From Tubiluchus corallicola (Eukaryota; Animalia; Priapulida), in assembly GCA_030141605.1 (NCBI GenBank), contig JAQGDQ010000893.1, positions 15,764 through 79,763 on the forward strand: DNA of 64,000 bases, in the 5' to 3' direction. Shown here in pieces: positions 28,100 to 40,075 of the stretch. The position numbers and the translations under genes were made by a program. Each line of letters opens with the position of its first letter. Within the stretch, counting starts at the first letter, position 1. Below the pieces are notes generated by a model, which saw only the letters and a program-made list of their open reading frames with translations, had not been told where the DNA came from and made no database searches.

Positions 28100-31000
28100 T
28101 CCGAAAAGGACTTGCAGAAATCTTGGTAAGTGAGATTAAACACCGTGTTGAGACTCTGTTGTGATGGAGAGGCCGATCTGTTAACTTGTTTAATAGGTTA
28201 AAGGAAACGTCAAGCATACTGTAAAGCTATACTTATTTCAATACTCGTAAAATGTTAGAAGGATTTAGTAACAAAAGTACGATAAGCGCCCTCATGTAAT
28301 TAGTAAAATAACTTTAAAGAAGCGAAAATTTCATGTTTGTGAACTTCAATTTTGAATGAAAATTCTTCCACCAATGACGTCGTTTATTGACTGTAGAAAA
28401 GCAGTGGACTGATTATTTCTGTCAAAAATATATATAAAATAAGTTTTTACAAAAAATAATTTCCTAATTTTGTGATATTTATCATGAAAATTGGTTAAGC
28501 TACAGAAGTTTAAATTAATTTAAGCTCATTGCACTTATGGAAAGTAACGATGCCCTTTCAAAAAGTCACTAAGCCACCACTTCCCGTCAAAATTTTCAAG
28601 ACTATCACTGCAAATGAAATTCTCTGTACAGCGGTAGTATAAATTAACTTTAATATTTGCAAATTTCTTTGTTTTATTTTTCTAAGCTTAAGATAACGTA
28701 GTAAACTAAACCCAAAGTTTCTAAGTGACTTATTTCCTTTAAACGAAGCAAAGTTAACCTCGTTACAGGTTCAGTTACAAATCTGACTGTTCAAATCACG
28801 CTTAATTCAAATCTGCTGGTTCTGAAACTCTAGCGGATATATAACCCCTTTTAACACTTTCTTAAACCGAAAACATTTAATGTAAAAAAGTTCCCTACAG
28901 CTTAGATTCAGAACTTTGAGCAACGAATTTATCAGAAATTGCATTTTTATATTTTGAGGATTGGAAGTTTAATGTCTTCCCTATCGTTCATATAGAGCTA
29001 GAGGCTTTTACTTTAATTTTAATATTAAAGACAGTCAAACATCTTCATAGAGCCGAGAAGTGAAAGTATTAATTCATGGTTACAAGGATCTTTCCTAAAC
29101 CCGTTGTGGCCTCCAATTTCTCCTTATCGAGGATAATCCGAAGCCATTTATTGCATTTTGCAGAATCTTATTGGAAATGAACCGTTTATTTATTATTTTC
29201 GTGCTAGGACAGTGAATAACTCCAAAACGATGGGACCTAGGACCAAACTTGGTGTGTATACACTTGAGGGTGGGGGACAGGTAGAGTGGCATGGTGACCT
29301 GTCACTTCAGGTCAATTGGTCAAGGACAGTGGACATCAGGTCATTTTTCCTTTGTCGGTCACCTCCTCCTAGGGCTTTGAGTTAAATTCAATTTTTTTTT
29401 CACAGGTACTTAGGTCATGTGGGGTCATGTGCACTAAGCTTTGTTTTGGAAATTGGAGAAAAGGAAAGCTCCGAGTTAGGAGCAAAATGTGAAAATTAGG
29501 GCATACGACTTTGTCGCTCAACTCCTCTTACAATGTTGGACTAGGAGTCAATGTTTATGCATGCGTGGGTGGGAGGGTGGATTTACATGTGCATTAGATG
29601 TGAGGCCTAGTCACGTGACATGACTCAAAGTGTTAAAATGGGGTCTGGTCAATAACTCCATATGTGTAAGGCCTAAAATCACGAAACTTGCAGAGTGGGC
29701 ACCCAACATAAGTAGCCATAAAATTGTATAGGTCCTCAGGGTCAAAGGTCACAGCAACAGAATGCAAAATGTGAAAACACAAAAATGTGAAATGACTAGG
29801 ACTCAATGTTCATGCATGTGTGAGTAGGCGAGTGACTTGGTCACGTGACATGGGCGAAAGTGTTATTATACGGTCTGGTCAATAACTCTGTAACTATAAG
29901 AGCTAGAATCACAAAACTTGTAGAGTAGGCAACTAATGTAGATCGTCAGAGAACTACCTAGAAATGGTGACCTGTGGGTCAAAGGTCATAGTAGAAAGAC
30001 CGAAAATGTGAAAATGAGGGAGAATGACTTTGTGACTCAATACTAGAAGCCCATGCTATTGTACGTATGGGTAGGCGGCCAAGGGTAGATGTGTACTAAG
30101 AATTTTTCGAAAAGTGGGCGTGACCAGGTCACGTGAGAAGCGAAAGTGTGAAAATGGCTTGCAATAAAATGGATTTCCTAGGTAATCAATCATTCAGCAA
30201 TAGCAAAATTATGATCTTGAAACAAACATCAAATCAGCAAAGGTTTTTCACTGTCAGCAGTTGCAATTTTGGTCATAATGCAGACAGAATTTTAAGTTTA
30301 TGACTTTGTAATAAACACGGTTTAGTTATATTTGTATTTTGTAGTGTTTATGTAAATTGTTTTACTCATGTTCATTTTGACGTAGTAATTAATTTAACGT
30401 AGCCATAGGATTTTTGCTCTAATTTTCTTTCTGTTCAAGTGTAGCGTTTAATCGCCTTACCATTATCATGTTCTAATCCTTGTACATTCACTTGTGAAAT
30501 GTTTGTAATGTAATAGTACCTATGCGCGTATTTTAAGTTTATCGTTCTTGTTTTCTATAAACAAAATTTCGATTTTAACAAATTTTGTTTTAACCACATA
30601 TTTGCACCTCGCGAAATGCTGAATTGAACTTTAAATCACCTGGGTTCTCAGTCGCCCAATAATCGCTTTCCCTCGTTTTTGTAAATAACGGAAGATTAAA
30701 AGTTCTAAAACATTTATAAAACAAGCATTTACTAAAATTTTATTTTTTCATTTTTATACTCCTTCGCGACACTTTGGAACTACGAAAAAGTGGATTGGCG
30801 CTACAGCGATGTTCACATTATAAAGGTGGGGTTATAATGAGGTTTGATTGTTGTGGTAAAACAAATAAACTAGGAATTCTTTAAATGATTTTAAATGTAT
30901 TTTCGAGCAATGTACCTTTAAAAATCTTTTTGAGAAAGTGCTATATATTATTAGAGGTCATGCGTTTAGAGGTCATGCTATTTTGCTTTAGTTGTTGCAG

Positions 31001-32350
31001 ATGAGCAAACATGCCTGTCACGACGAAGAGTTATTGTGGAAATGATTTATTAAAAAAAAGGAAACTTTGGTTTGCAACAGGAGCCGATTCCTGTGCCAGA
31101 AAAGTTTCCTCAAATATCCACATGCTGCAAAGTTGTTAAAAATGAAAACCCTGTGGGGGTATTTAGGAAAGCTGTCTGTACCATTCAAGGCTGGTCATTA
31201 CCCAGTCGTTCTCACGCTGCTAAAACTGCTTTGGAATCTGTAGAACCTCTTCAAAAACGGAGATTATTCTAATCTTGCTTTGTACTAAGGCGCTACCTGC
31301 TGTTCAGGTAAATACTTCACAAGGCTTATAGTTGAGCTGTTTTTCGTGTGCAGAAAGCATGTCTCAAGTGGTCAAAAGCGGTGGTCATTGTCAGGGCTTT
31401 TTCGGAATTGTTGAAGATTAAAATCTTTCTTTGTGTGCGAGTGTACAACCTGCTGTTCAGGTAAATACTTAACAGCCTTAATAATTGTGGTGCTTTCTTG
31501 CGTGCAGAGAGCAGGTCTTAAGTGGTCTGAAGTTCTAAAGCGGGGGTCATTATTTTCGGCATTTTTTCCAACAAAACTGAATTCCAGGCGAGATTGTTGA
31601 AGATTATAGTCTTTCTTTGTGCGCAGGGCATGAACCGCGCACTCAACTCAAACACGTCACAGGATTTGTAAAATCATTATAAGCTGCTCTTTGAGTGGGG
31701 AGAGCAACACAGGTGGTCAGTAATTTGGCCTTTTGTGTTATTTTAAGTTCTTTTCTAACTAATCATCACAGCTTTGAGAGGCAAAGATGAAGTAAACTGA
31801 CCATGCGCATCACTTCCTGTCAAGATTTTGAAAACATCATAAAAGCTCAGGAACGAACTAGACTTCAATGACGAGTACTTTTTGTAGAATGAAAGAAAAG
31901 TTTGCAGCATTTTAAATATTTTATTAAAGAGGGAGTACTGCTCATATGCGTGACACACGCAAAATAAAAATTCAACGCTCAATATTGACTTCACATTTTC
32001 CTCCATAAATGGCCCCGTTTAATCAGTGAAATTAAATTACAAACATTTTAGAAAGTTTGCAAATTAATAAAGGGTGACACTATACAGGCTCTAAATTGAC
32101 TTTAAACAGATAAATTAATGAAGCGAAATTATTACTAAATAACTATACGAGTATATTATTTAAATTAAATTATGCATTTATACGAAAAAAGGTGTTCTGC
32201 CATTGCATTATATATAAATTGTTTGTGCTTCATTTATCGAGCATTGTGACATTTCTTCTAATAGATTAATGATGGTCATTATTTAATTCTGAAGTGTCCA
32301 CTTCATCTTCATTTGTTGGGTCTTCTAAAATTTCATCTTCATCAGTTTTA
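28100..32350 (-). repeat. Dispersed repeat copy A (inverted relative to copy B at 46-49 kb), with an unrelated ~1.8-kb insert at ~29000-30770
   Basis: 28340-28400 is the reverse complement of ~48685-48755; 31500-31860 of ~46540-46850; 32290-32350 of ~46048-46115. Confidence 0.8.
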
Positions 32351-32399
32351 ACAGACAGAAAGTGGTGCCATACTTTAGGCTAGTAGCAATTGAAGAAGT

Positions 32400-32545
32400 T
32401 CCCACTTACACGTACAACGATACAGGTAAAGGACACTACACATAAATAACGAATGACGTGTAAGATATATGCCCTGGTGTTGGTAGCAGCTAGTTTCGAA
32501 CTCAAGACTGCAGACCGAAATTTAAGCCACTCGGCTGCCCAACCC
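32400..32545 (-). mobile_element. tRNA-derived SINE head remnant
   Basis: Minus strand reads ggcagccgagtggc (A-box-like) ... gagttcgaaac (B-box-like); no full cloverleaf. Confidence 0.45.
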
Positions 32546-33307
32546 ACTCATTGCTCGTAATATAATTCTAGTCTAATAAGACGTGACTAATAATGTTCAT
32601 TGTTGCTGTAACATTTTCCAGAAACACATCCGAGAATAACATTGGCTGGATAAACCTAGTGCAGTAATGGAGTTAAAGGCAATTTCATCGTGCGGGCAGT
32701 ACTTCGTACAGTTGAATACATACCAATGGGGCAGGTTTTTCGAGTGTCTACATTGTAAAATTAGTGGCTCCACTGTTGACCATAATTTCATGATGTCCAG
32801 GTTCCTTGGTCATCCATTCATCCTGTGTTTACCTCACATGATCAAGCTCTGACAACTCTTTACATAATTAACCTAAACGTATAAGCCATTAAATTCAAGA
32901 AATAAATCTGAACCTTCATTGTTTTCAATCTGTCGTTACATGATCAAGTCTCTGTCACGTGCTTGCGGATTTTTTACTTGCGATTTTGAAATGATTTTTA
33001 CCTCTGTGAACTTAACATTTCCAACACGGAAAATTAAGATAAAATGTGGAAATCAACTGTAAGAAAATACGAGAATTCAACCACCAAACGTTGATTCCAA
33101 TATTATTTCTCATTTTATCCGCCTATGTTTAGTAAATGCGCATGAGAAGCTGAGTGCATTCAATTCAGTCATTGAAATATTTTTTTCCATTGAATTATAA
33201 TTATTCATTGTATTATTCATTAGCTAAACAATTATAGATATTAAAATTAAATCATGAAGTATTGTTATTATGGTTAAAATGCTTAACGTCTAAGATAACA
33301 GTTTGAT

Positions 33308-34934
33308 AACCAATGAAGTGAACTCGTCGTCGCCAGGAACCACTCTGAGGTTTTGGCTCTCTGTACGGGTTTCAGGCTGAAGATTGGAACTAACCAATGA
33401 AGTGCACTCGTCGTGGCCAGGAACCACTCTGAGGTTTTGGCTCTCTGTACGGGTTCCAGGCTGAAGACTGGAACTAACCAATGAAGTGCACTCGTCGTCT
33501 CCAGGAACCACTCTGAGGTTTTGGCTCTCTGTACTGGTTCCAGGCTGAAGACTGGAACTAACCAATGAAGTGAACTCGTCGTCTCCAGGAACCACTCTGA
33601 GGTTTTGGCTCTCTGTACGGGTTCCAGGCTGAAGACTGGAACTAACCAATGAAGTGCACACGTCGTCTCCAGGAACCACTCTGAGGTTTTGGCTCTCTGT
33701 ACGGGTTCCAGGCAAAAGATTGGAACTAACCAATGAAGTGCACTCGTCATCTCCAGGGACCACTCTGAGGTTTTGGCTCTATGTACGGGTTCCAGGCTGA
33801 AGACTGGAACTAACCAATGAAGTGCACTCGTCGTCTCCAGGAACCACTCTGAGGTTTTGGCTCTATGTACGGGTTCCAGGCTGAAGACTGGAACTAACCA
33901 ATGAAGTGCGCTCGTCGTCGCCAGGAACCACTCTGAGGTTTTGGCTCACTGTACAGGTTCCAGGCTGAAGACTGGAGCTAACCAATGAAGTGCACTCGTC
34001 GTCTCCAGGGACCACTCTGAGGTTTTGGCTCTATGTACGGGTTCCAGGCTGAAGACTGGAGCTAACCAATGAAGTGCACTCGTCATCTCCAGGAACCACT
34101 CTGAGGTTTTGGCTCTCTGTACGGGTTCCAGGCTGAAGATTGGAACTAACCAATGAAGTGCACTCGTCATCTCCAGGAACCACTCTGAGGTTTTGGCTCT
34201 CTGTACGGGTTCCAGGCTGAAGATTGGAACTAACCAATGAAGTGCACTCGTCATCTCCAGGAACCACTCTGAGGTTTTGGCTCTCTGTACGGGTTCCAGG
34301 CTGAAGATTGGAACTAACCAATGAAGTGCACTCGTCATCTCCAGGAACCACTCTGAGGTTTTGGCTCTCTGTACGGGTTCCAGGCTGAAGATTGGAACTA
34401 ACCAATGAAGTGCACTCGTCATCTCCAGGAACCACTCTGAGGTTTTGGCTCTCTGTACGGGTTCCAGGCTGAAGATTGGAACTAACCAATGAAGTGCACT
34501 CGTCATCTCCAGGAACCACTCTGAGGTTTTGGCTCTCTGTACGGGTTCCAGGCTGAAGATTGGAACTAACCAATGAAGTGCACTCGTCATCTCCAGGAAC
34601 CACTCTGAGGTTTTGGCTCTCTGTACGGGTTCCAGGCTGAAGATTGGAACTAACCAATGAAGTGCACTCGTCATCTCCAGGAACCACTCTGAGGTTTTGG
34701 CTCTCTGTACGGGTTCCAGGCTGAAGATTGGAACTAACCAATGAAGTGCACTCGTCATCTCCAGGAACCACTCTGAGGTTTTGGCTCTCTGTACGGGTTC
34801 CAGGCTGAAGATTGGAACTAACCAATGAAGTGCACTCGTCATCTCCAGGAACCACTCTGAGGTTTTGGCTCTCTGTACAGGTTTCAGGCTAAAGATTGGA
34901 ACTAACCAATGAAGTGAACTCGTCGTCGCCAGGA
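33308..34934 (+). repeat. 84-bp minisatellite (~19 copies; nearly identical units in the right half)
   Basis: Unit aaccaatgaagtgcactcgtcatctccaggaaccactctgaggttttggctctctgtacgggttccaggctgaagattggaact. Confidence 0.97.
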
Positions 34935-35075
34935 CTAAATTGTTATGTTATGAGAATCTAAATATTGTTATGAGAAAAACAATGGCGTCTGGTTACATTT
35001 CGCCCCCCATCTTTAAGCCTCGGACCCACCTGTGACACACTATCGCATCCATCAGACAACACAAGTGTACTTTCT

Positions 35076-35300
35076 GACATGATGACGTTGCACAGATACT
35101 ATGAGTGAAAAGATTAAAATAATGACAATTGCATTGCAAGGTAACTTAAATTAAAATTAGTCTTTTGTCATGGTCAGAAACATTCTCAACTAGTTTTTAA
35201 TTTCAATTTCATTAATTTTAATTTAAATTACCTTGCATTTCAATTGTCATTATTTTAATCTTTTACTCATAGTATCTATGCAACGTCAATATGTCATCAT
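35076..35300. mobile_element. Palindromic MITE-like hairpin
   Basis: gacgttgcacagatactatgagtgaaaagattaaaataatgacaattg..aaggtaa mirrored by ttaccttg..caattgtcattattttaatcttttactcatagtatctatgcaacgtc. Confidence 0.75.
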
Positions 35301-36511
35301 GTCCGAGGCTTAAAGAAGAAATTAAAAACAAGATGACAATGTTTCTGACATGGTCAAAAACAGAAGATTTTGCAAACGATAATTTCAAAAATGAGCCTCA
35401 AAATGAAGAGACGGCAGCGTTTGTTTGAAAGTTATTATTTTCACCTTGCTTGAACACACAGGAAGTGCATTTCTAAATGAAACCTCAGTTTTACGCGTCA
35501 CCCAAGGGCCAAAGGTCAACCAATCTCGGAATGAATTTAAATCATTAAATTTCGCTCACTGAGACCATTTACGCTTTGTAGTATTGATACACTACAACTT
35601 ACTTTTGGATAACTCTTGAACACACTTGTCTCCTTGTCTCATATTTTGCCCCTAATGTGTCAAAAGTTAAGGATTCACATTGTAATCTACGCAATTCGAA
35701 TCGACTAATTGAGAATTTTCATCTGATCTTCTACATGGTACTATTCGTAGTCACTCGATGATTTCTGTTCCCGACCCCCATTTTTCGATTTTGCCCCCTT
35801 CTGGAGTCAGAGACCAAGTCTCAGCATAACTTGCATCATTTGGTTTGTCTCATCGAGCTTTTGTTTGATAAACTTCAAACTAATTTCGGTCGACACAGGA
35901 AATCCTGTGTCTCCTCGACCCCTATTTTGCCCCCTAGCTGGGTCACGGGTTTGCTGTTCTCATTGTAATCTATGCCATTCAATCCGCCTTATCGAGACCT
36001 TTTATTTGATGTGTGACAAGGTACCATTGCTCAACACTCGGTGTACTTCGGTTTCCTACCACCATTTTTCGGTTTTTGCCACCTAGTGGAAAATTTTCCT
36101 ACACTCGCATGACCCATATTTTGTGATAAGCCACGATACCTCCCAGTAACATACCGAATATTGTGGCCCTTGCTGAAAAAGTATGGGAGCAGAACGATCT
36201 GAAATCAGAAGCAGCAAAAGGAGCAGAAGGTCCGTGACGTTTGAGCCGGAATGAAAAATTCGCATAAAACAAAAAATAGACATTTTTTCTTTAAGTTTTT
36301 AACTCTGTATCTTCATCGAAGAAAGGCCTTTTTTAGTTTTCAAGCTGGGGGCTATTATTTACTTATAATTTTTTATGATTTACAGCGGTAAAACAGGTAA
36401 AAAAGGTATAACTCAGGTGAACTGCACATTGTTGATTTTTTACTTTGTATGGCGGGGATGGTGATCTAGCAGAATGTAAAAAGACCCGCTTTTTATTTAG
36501 CGCAAAAACTA

Positions 36512-36699
36512 GTCAGGGTGGGGAAGGAGAGTCAGGGTGGAGAAGGAGAGCCAGGGTGGAGAAGGAGAGCCAGGGTGGAGAAGGAGAGCCAGGGTGGAGA
36601 AGGAGAGCCAGGGTGGAGAAGGAGAGTCAGGGTGGAGAAGGAGAGCCAGGGTGGAGAAGGAGAGCCAGGGTGGAGAAGGAGAGTCAGGGTAGAGAAGGA
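36512..36699 (+). repeat. 19-bp purine-rich minisatellite (~10 copies)
   Basis: Unit agaaggagagccagggtgg. Confidence 0.95.
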
Positions 36700-36894
36700 A
36701 CAAGAGTTTTTGACACAAAATTAAAGCACACGTGACTTAAATTGATGAAGGAAAATTTAACGGCATGATTACGATACAGAGAAACGCAAAGCTGTTTAAA
36801 AGACAAAACAAGATTGAAATTAATGTGTCTGTTCGTGATAAGAACAACAAGAATTATCCAACAAAACAAAGTAATTGCTGAATTCACATTAGCG

Positions 36895-38162
36895 TCAGCT
36901 AGAAAACGGGCTGTTCAGTGAGACTAAGCTGGAATATTTCTCACCAAAACATTTATCATTATACCACCATGCACTCATGGCTTTGTAGGCACCAAAGTAA
37001 TTTCTTTCAAATTCTTTCCTCTCAAACACTGAATTTTGTTTGTGAAGTTTTTTACATAACTCACACCAAAAGTCTTGTGTGTGTTTTAAACGTATCCTGT
37101 AATAATTACTGTAAGTTGGAAACATCAAATCGCTTTCTGATGTATTTTCCACAAAAAGTATTTACTATATTCTTCCTCTGTCATACTTTGTAAGAATTTT
37201 GCTAGCATTTCTGGTGTGGCAAAGTCATCCACATTGATGTAGGAATTTGGAGGAAGAAAGTGGGTGTAGTTTGCACCACCTAAAACTATTGGCACGACGT
37301 CATATTGCAGCGTGGCATAAACTTTTTCTGTAATATAATCATTACACACGGAGTTCTCAAAAGCCAAGTAGAACTTGTAATTCTTTTCCATAAACTTGTA
37401 TGTGTTTTTGGAATCCCGCTTAGACTTTTCATTTTGACATTTCAAGTATATATCAACAGCAATGAACTTCTTCAAATGATACACGTAATGTTCTCTTAAA
37501 CTTGCTGTTTCACAATGGCTTACAAACCAAGCAACAAGTCTAGACTTTCTGTGTCTTCGGTGTTGACCAAACATGTATTGTTCTCCCGGACCACGTCTGA
37601 TTATATCTCCATATTTTAACACGATATCAGAATCTAATCTGTACGTCATTGTCCAATGTATGAAGCCATCTAATTCGCTTAAATTTGCTTTCGTATAATG
37701 TGGTGATTCTGCTAAATACAAAACCCATTTCTGTCCTTCTAGTCGTTCTACAAGACTGGGTTTAAGGTAATCATCAAATGGGTGAATAACAACAGCACTG
37801 CTTTTAGTCAATAGAGAGCGATTGTTTGTAGTTTCACAGTAGGAAGAATCAAGTGGACAGTTCTCAACAAATGGTTTCCTGCCAAATCCCCATCTAAAAT
37901 CTTTATTACTGTGTAATTTATTCCAGAGTAAGATAAGCTTTGTTGTTCCGGTGCTGCTGAGTCTGCTTAATTTAGGCTCCGATTTTGCACAAATATGGGA
38001 ATAGGGATTATCGCAAACAGTATGCTGAAAATCTACGCCCGTTCCTGTCTTTTGAGTCACGTGCGAGACAGTTAAACAATAACATACCAAAATGGTTAAA
38101 ATCACTGCAAAAATCGTCTTGGTTAAAATTGTTGTTTTGTAGCAGTTTTTTAAAGAATACAT
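36895..38162 (-). pseudogene. GT10 alpha-1,3/1,4-fucosyltransferase, intronless; C-terminal segment out of frame
   Basis: Anchor TIFAVILTILVCYCLTV; ILLWN; ESP; WTMTYRLDSDI; VAWFVSHC; alpha-1,3 motif YKFYLAFENSVCNDYITEK; VVPIVLG; PPNSYINVDDF; YFLWK. The expected WCELCKKLH..WW..C tail is in the overlapping ORF 36895-37152. Confidence 0.85.
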
Positions 38163-39598
38163 TTTACACTATAAAAGTAGCTTGTTGAAATACAAAAACG
38201 GAAAAAAACTTACATTGGCGAACACAAAAGAACACAGTAGACTTTTCACGAAATTGGTAATGGTGGTAACATTGTCGCTAGCATAATCATTTGGTGCTAC
38301 GCTTGTGTAAAAAGAGCGTCAGTATGTCAAGCATAGCTTCGGTTGACATGCTCCTGAAATGCGCTGCACAAATAAGAACAGTAACTGCAAATTATAGAAT
38401 TTCGTATGCATTCTTACCAAACTGTTTATGCTCTTTTTATGATTTACAATAAAATTTCATTTTAAGCAGCGGTTGTTGCTCAACAAGTAACTTCTCGTGA
38501 CAGAGTACGCAAAAGGAGGCGCGTTACTGCATTGATAATGTTTATGCAGTACGCAATCATACTCGTAGAAAGTCGTCGAAAAACAACTATCTAGAAGAGG
38601 TATGAAAAAATGGAACCATACTTTAGGCTTGTAGCAATTGACGAAGTTGGCAAAAATGGCACTGCGCGACATTATATAGAAACTGACACGTTGGTAAAGC
38701 AAAACATCATACAGAAAATGACAAACTATCAGTCTCGTATGCTTGAAACGCTTTTGTTATATATTTTTATATAGTTTGATACAGATAAATTCAGAATTCA
38801 ACTAAAGTGTCTGCAAACCGGTGTAATAGATATGGTATGTAATATTGTGTCAAAATAAAATGAACTTGAATTTGAAAAAAATAGATATTTCAAATACAGT
38901 CTCGTTTCAAGCCATTTGTCTCTTGATCTCTCGTCTCTCTCGGCTCAGAGGTGTGACTAGTTTTGTTTACCCCATAGGTGCGCCCTAGGACTCGTCAAAC
39001 TAGGTCACCTTGTTTGGGTTCTATAATCACGACCTGATCATGACGTGTTTTTTGCCTTGCAATTAAAATGGACTTCCCCGGCTGAGACGGTAGATTAAAC
39101 ATTAATTATAAATAAACTAAACATTTTATTTACAGTTGACAGCGTTCTTTATATGGACGTGGACCTAGTCTGTTGGATAAACTGGCATTCAACGCCTGAG
39201 AGAATCTGAAAAAAGGCGAGCGGTTTTATATCGACGTATCCCCTTACTTACGATGCCCACTGACTACAGTTGCATAGAATTACCTGGAGTAAAAAAAACA
39301 TATTAAAACCTTTATATTGAAACAGGACGTTGGCCTAGAATCAAATGGACTTGTACTTGCGATGTAACACAGCTGAAACATAGAAGTGAACACGAGACAG
39401 TCAGTTATGGCAATCAGTCTGCAAGAACTTGTTAAAGCTTGAGGAAATTTCCAGAGGAAAGTTCTCAAACAATATATCACATTGTATCAAGTGCATCAAC
39501 GAACACGAAAAAAAAATCACCAAGAAAGTTCAAAACATCTGCTACCACCGTCTCGTCCTAAACTGAAGTTCTTTTTTATTTCGAAGTGCTACTTAGCT

Positions 39599-40075
39599 AT
39601 GTAGAAAATAATAACCTTTCGAATAGCAGATCTCAAACGCACATTTTGGTGTTTGCTAATGTTATGCGGCTTTTTCTATATAATTTCAGTAATTTATGAA
39701 TCAACATTCAATAATGATATTTCATGCCAAGGCAAATACCATCACTTTTTCGATTATTTTCTTCAGCAAAAGTGTTATGAAAACGACATTGCTAAACTTA
39801 ATCTTGAAAGATTACAACGGATTACAGAGGTGTGCAAAAATATAGGCAATTCAACAAGAGGTAAAATTGATTATAGATATATTTTAGTTAGTGATCAACA
39901 CAGATTTTTATGCTGTCACATTCCAAAGATTGCTACAACTGTGTGGAAGCATATTCTTTCTGCTTTACAAGAAAATCGCAGCTTGAATAATGTAATTTTG
40001 CGTAGCTATGGAGTTCATATACCTCAAAATGAAAACCATCTAGGAAAATATTCCAAAGAGCAAATGGAAAAGTAG
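39599..40075 (+). pseudogene. Carbohydrate sulfotransferase (Sulfotransfer_2, CHST8-14/HNK-1ST-like), 5' half only
   Basis: Anchor FWCLLMLCGFFYIISVIY; ERLQRITEVC; ILVSDQHRFLCCHIPKIATTVWK (5'-PAPS-binding motif); LGKYSKEQMEK then minisatellite. The in-frame ATG at 39599 is followed directly by TAG. No 3'-PB exon (FVRxPxxRLxSAY) was recognised downstream. Confidence 0.75.

Noticed and set aside
32470-32545. Functional tRNA gene
   Set aside because: Only A/B-box-like motifs, no complete cloverleaf; more consistent with a SINE head.
33283-34855. Repeat-protein ORFs of 155-298 aa
   Set aside because: An 84-bp unit divisible by 3, open in two frames with no unique flanking coding sequence or clear splice context; no evidence of a gene.
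12225-39604. TAG reassignment/readthrough (in-frame TAG in GT31a and at codon 2 of the sulfotransferase; the complete gene models end in TAA/TGA)
   Set aside because: Only two cases; the intact 345-aa ORFs contain no internal TAG, and neighbouring genes have ordinary frameshifts, so pseudogenisation is simpler.
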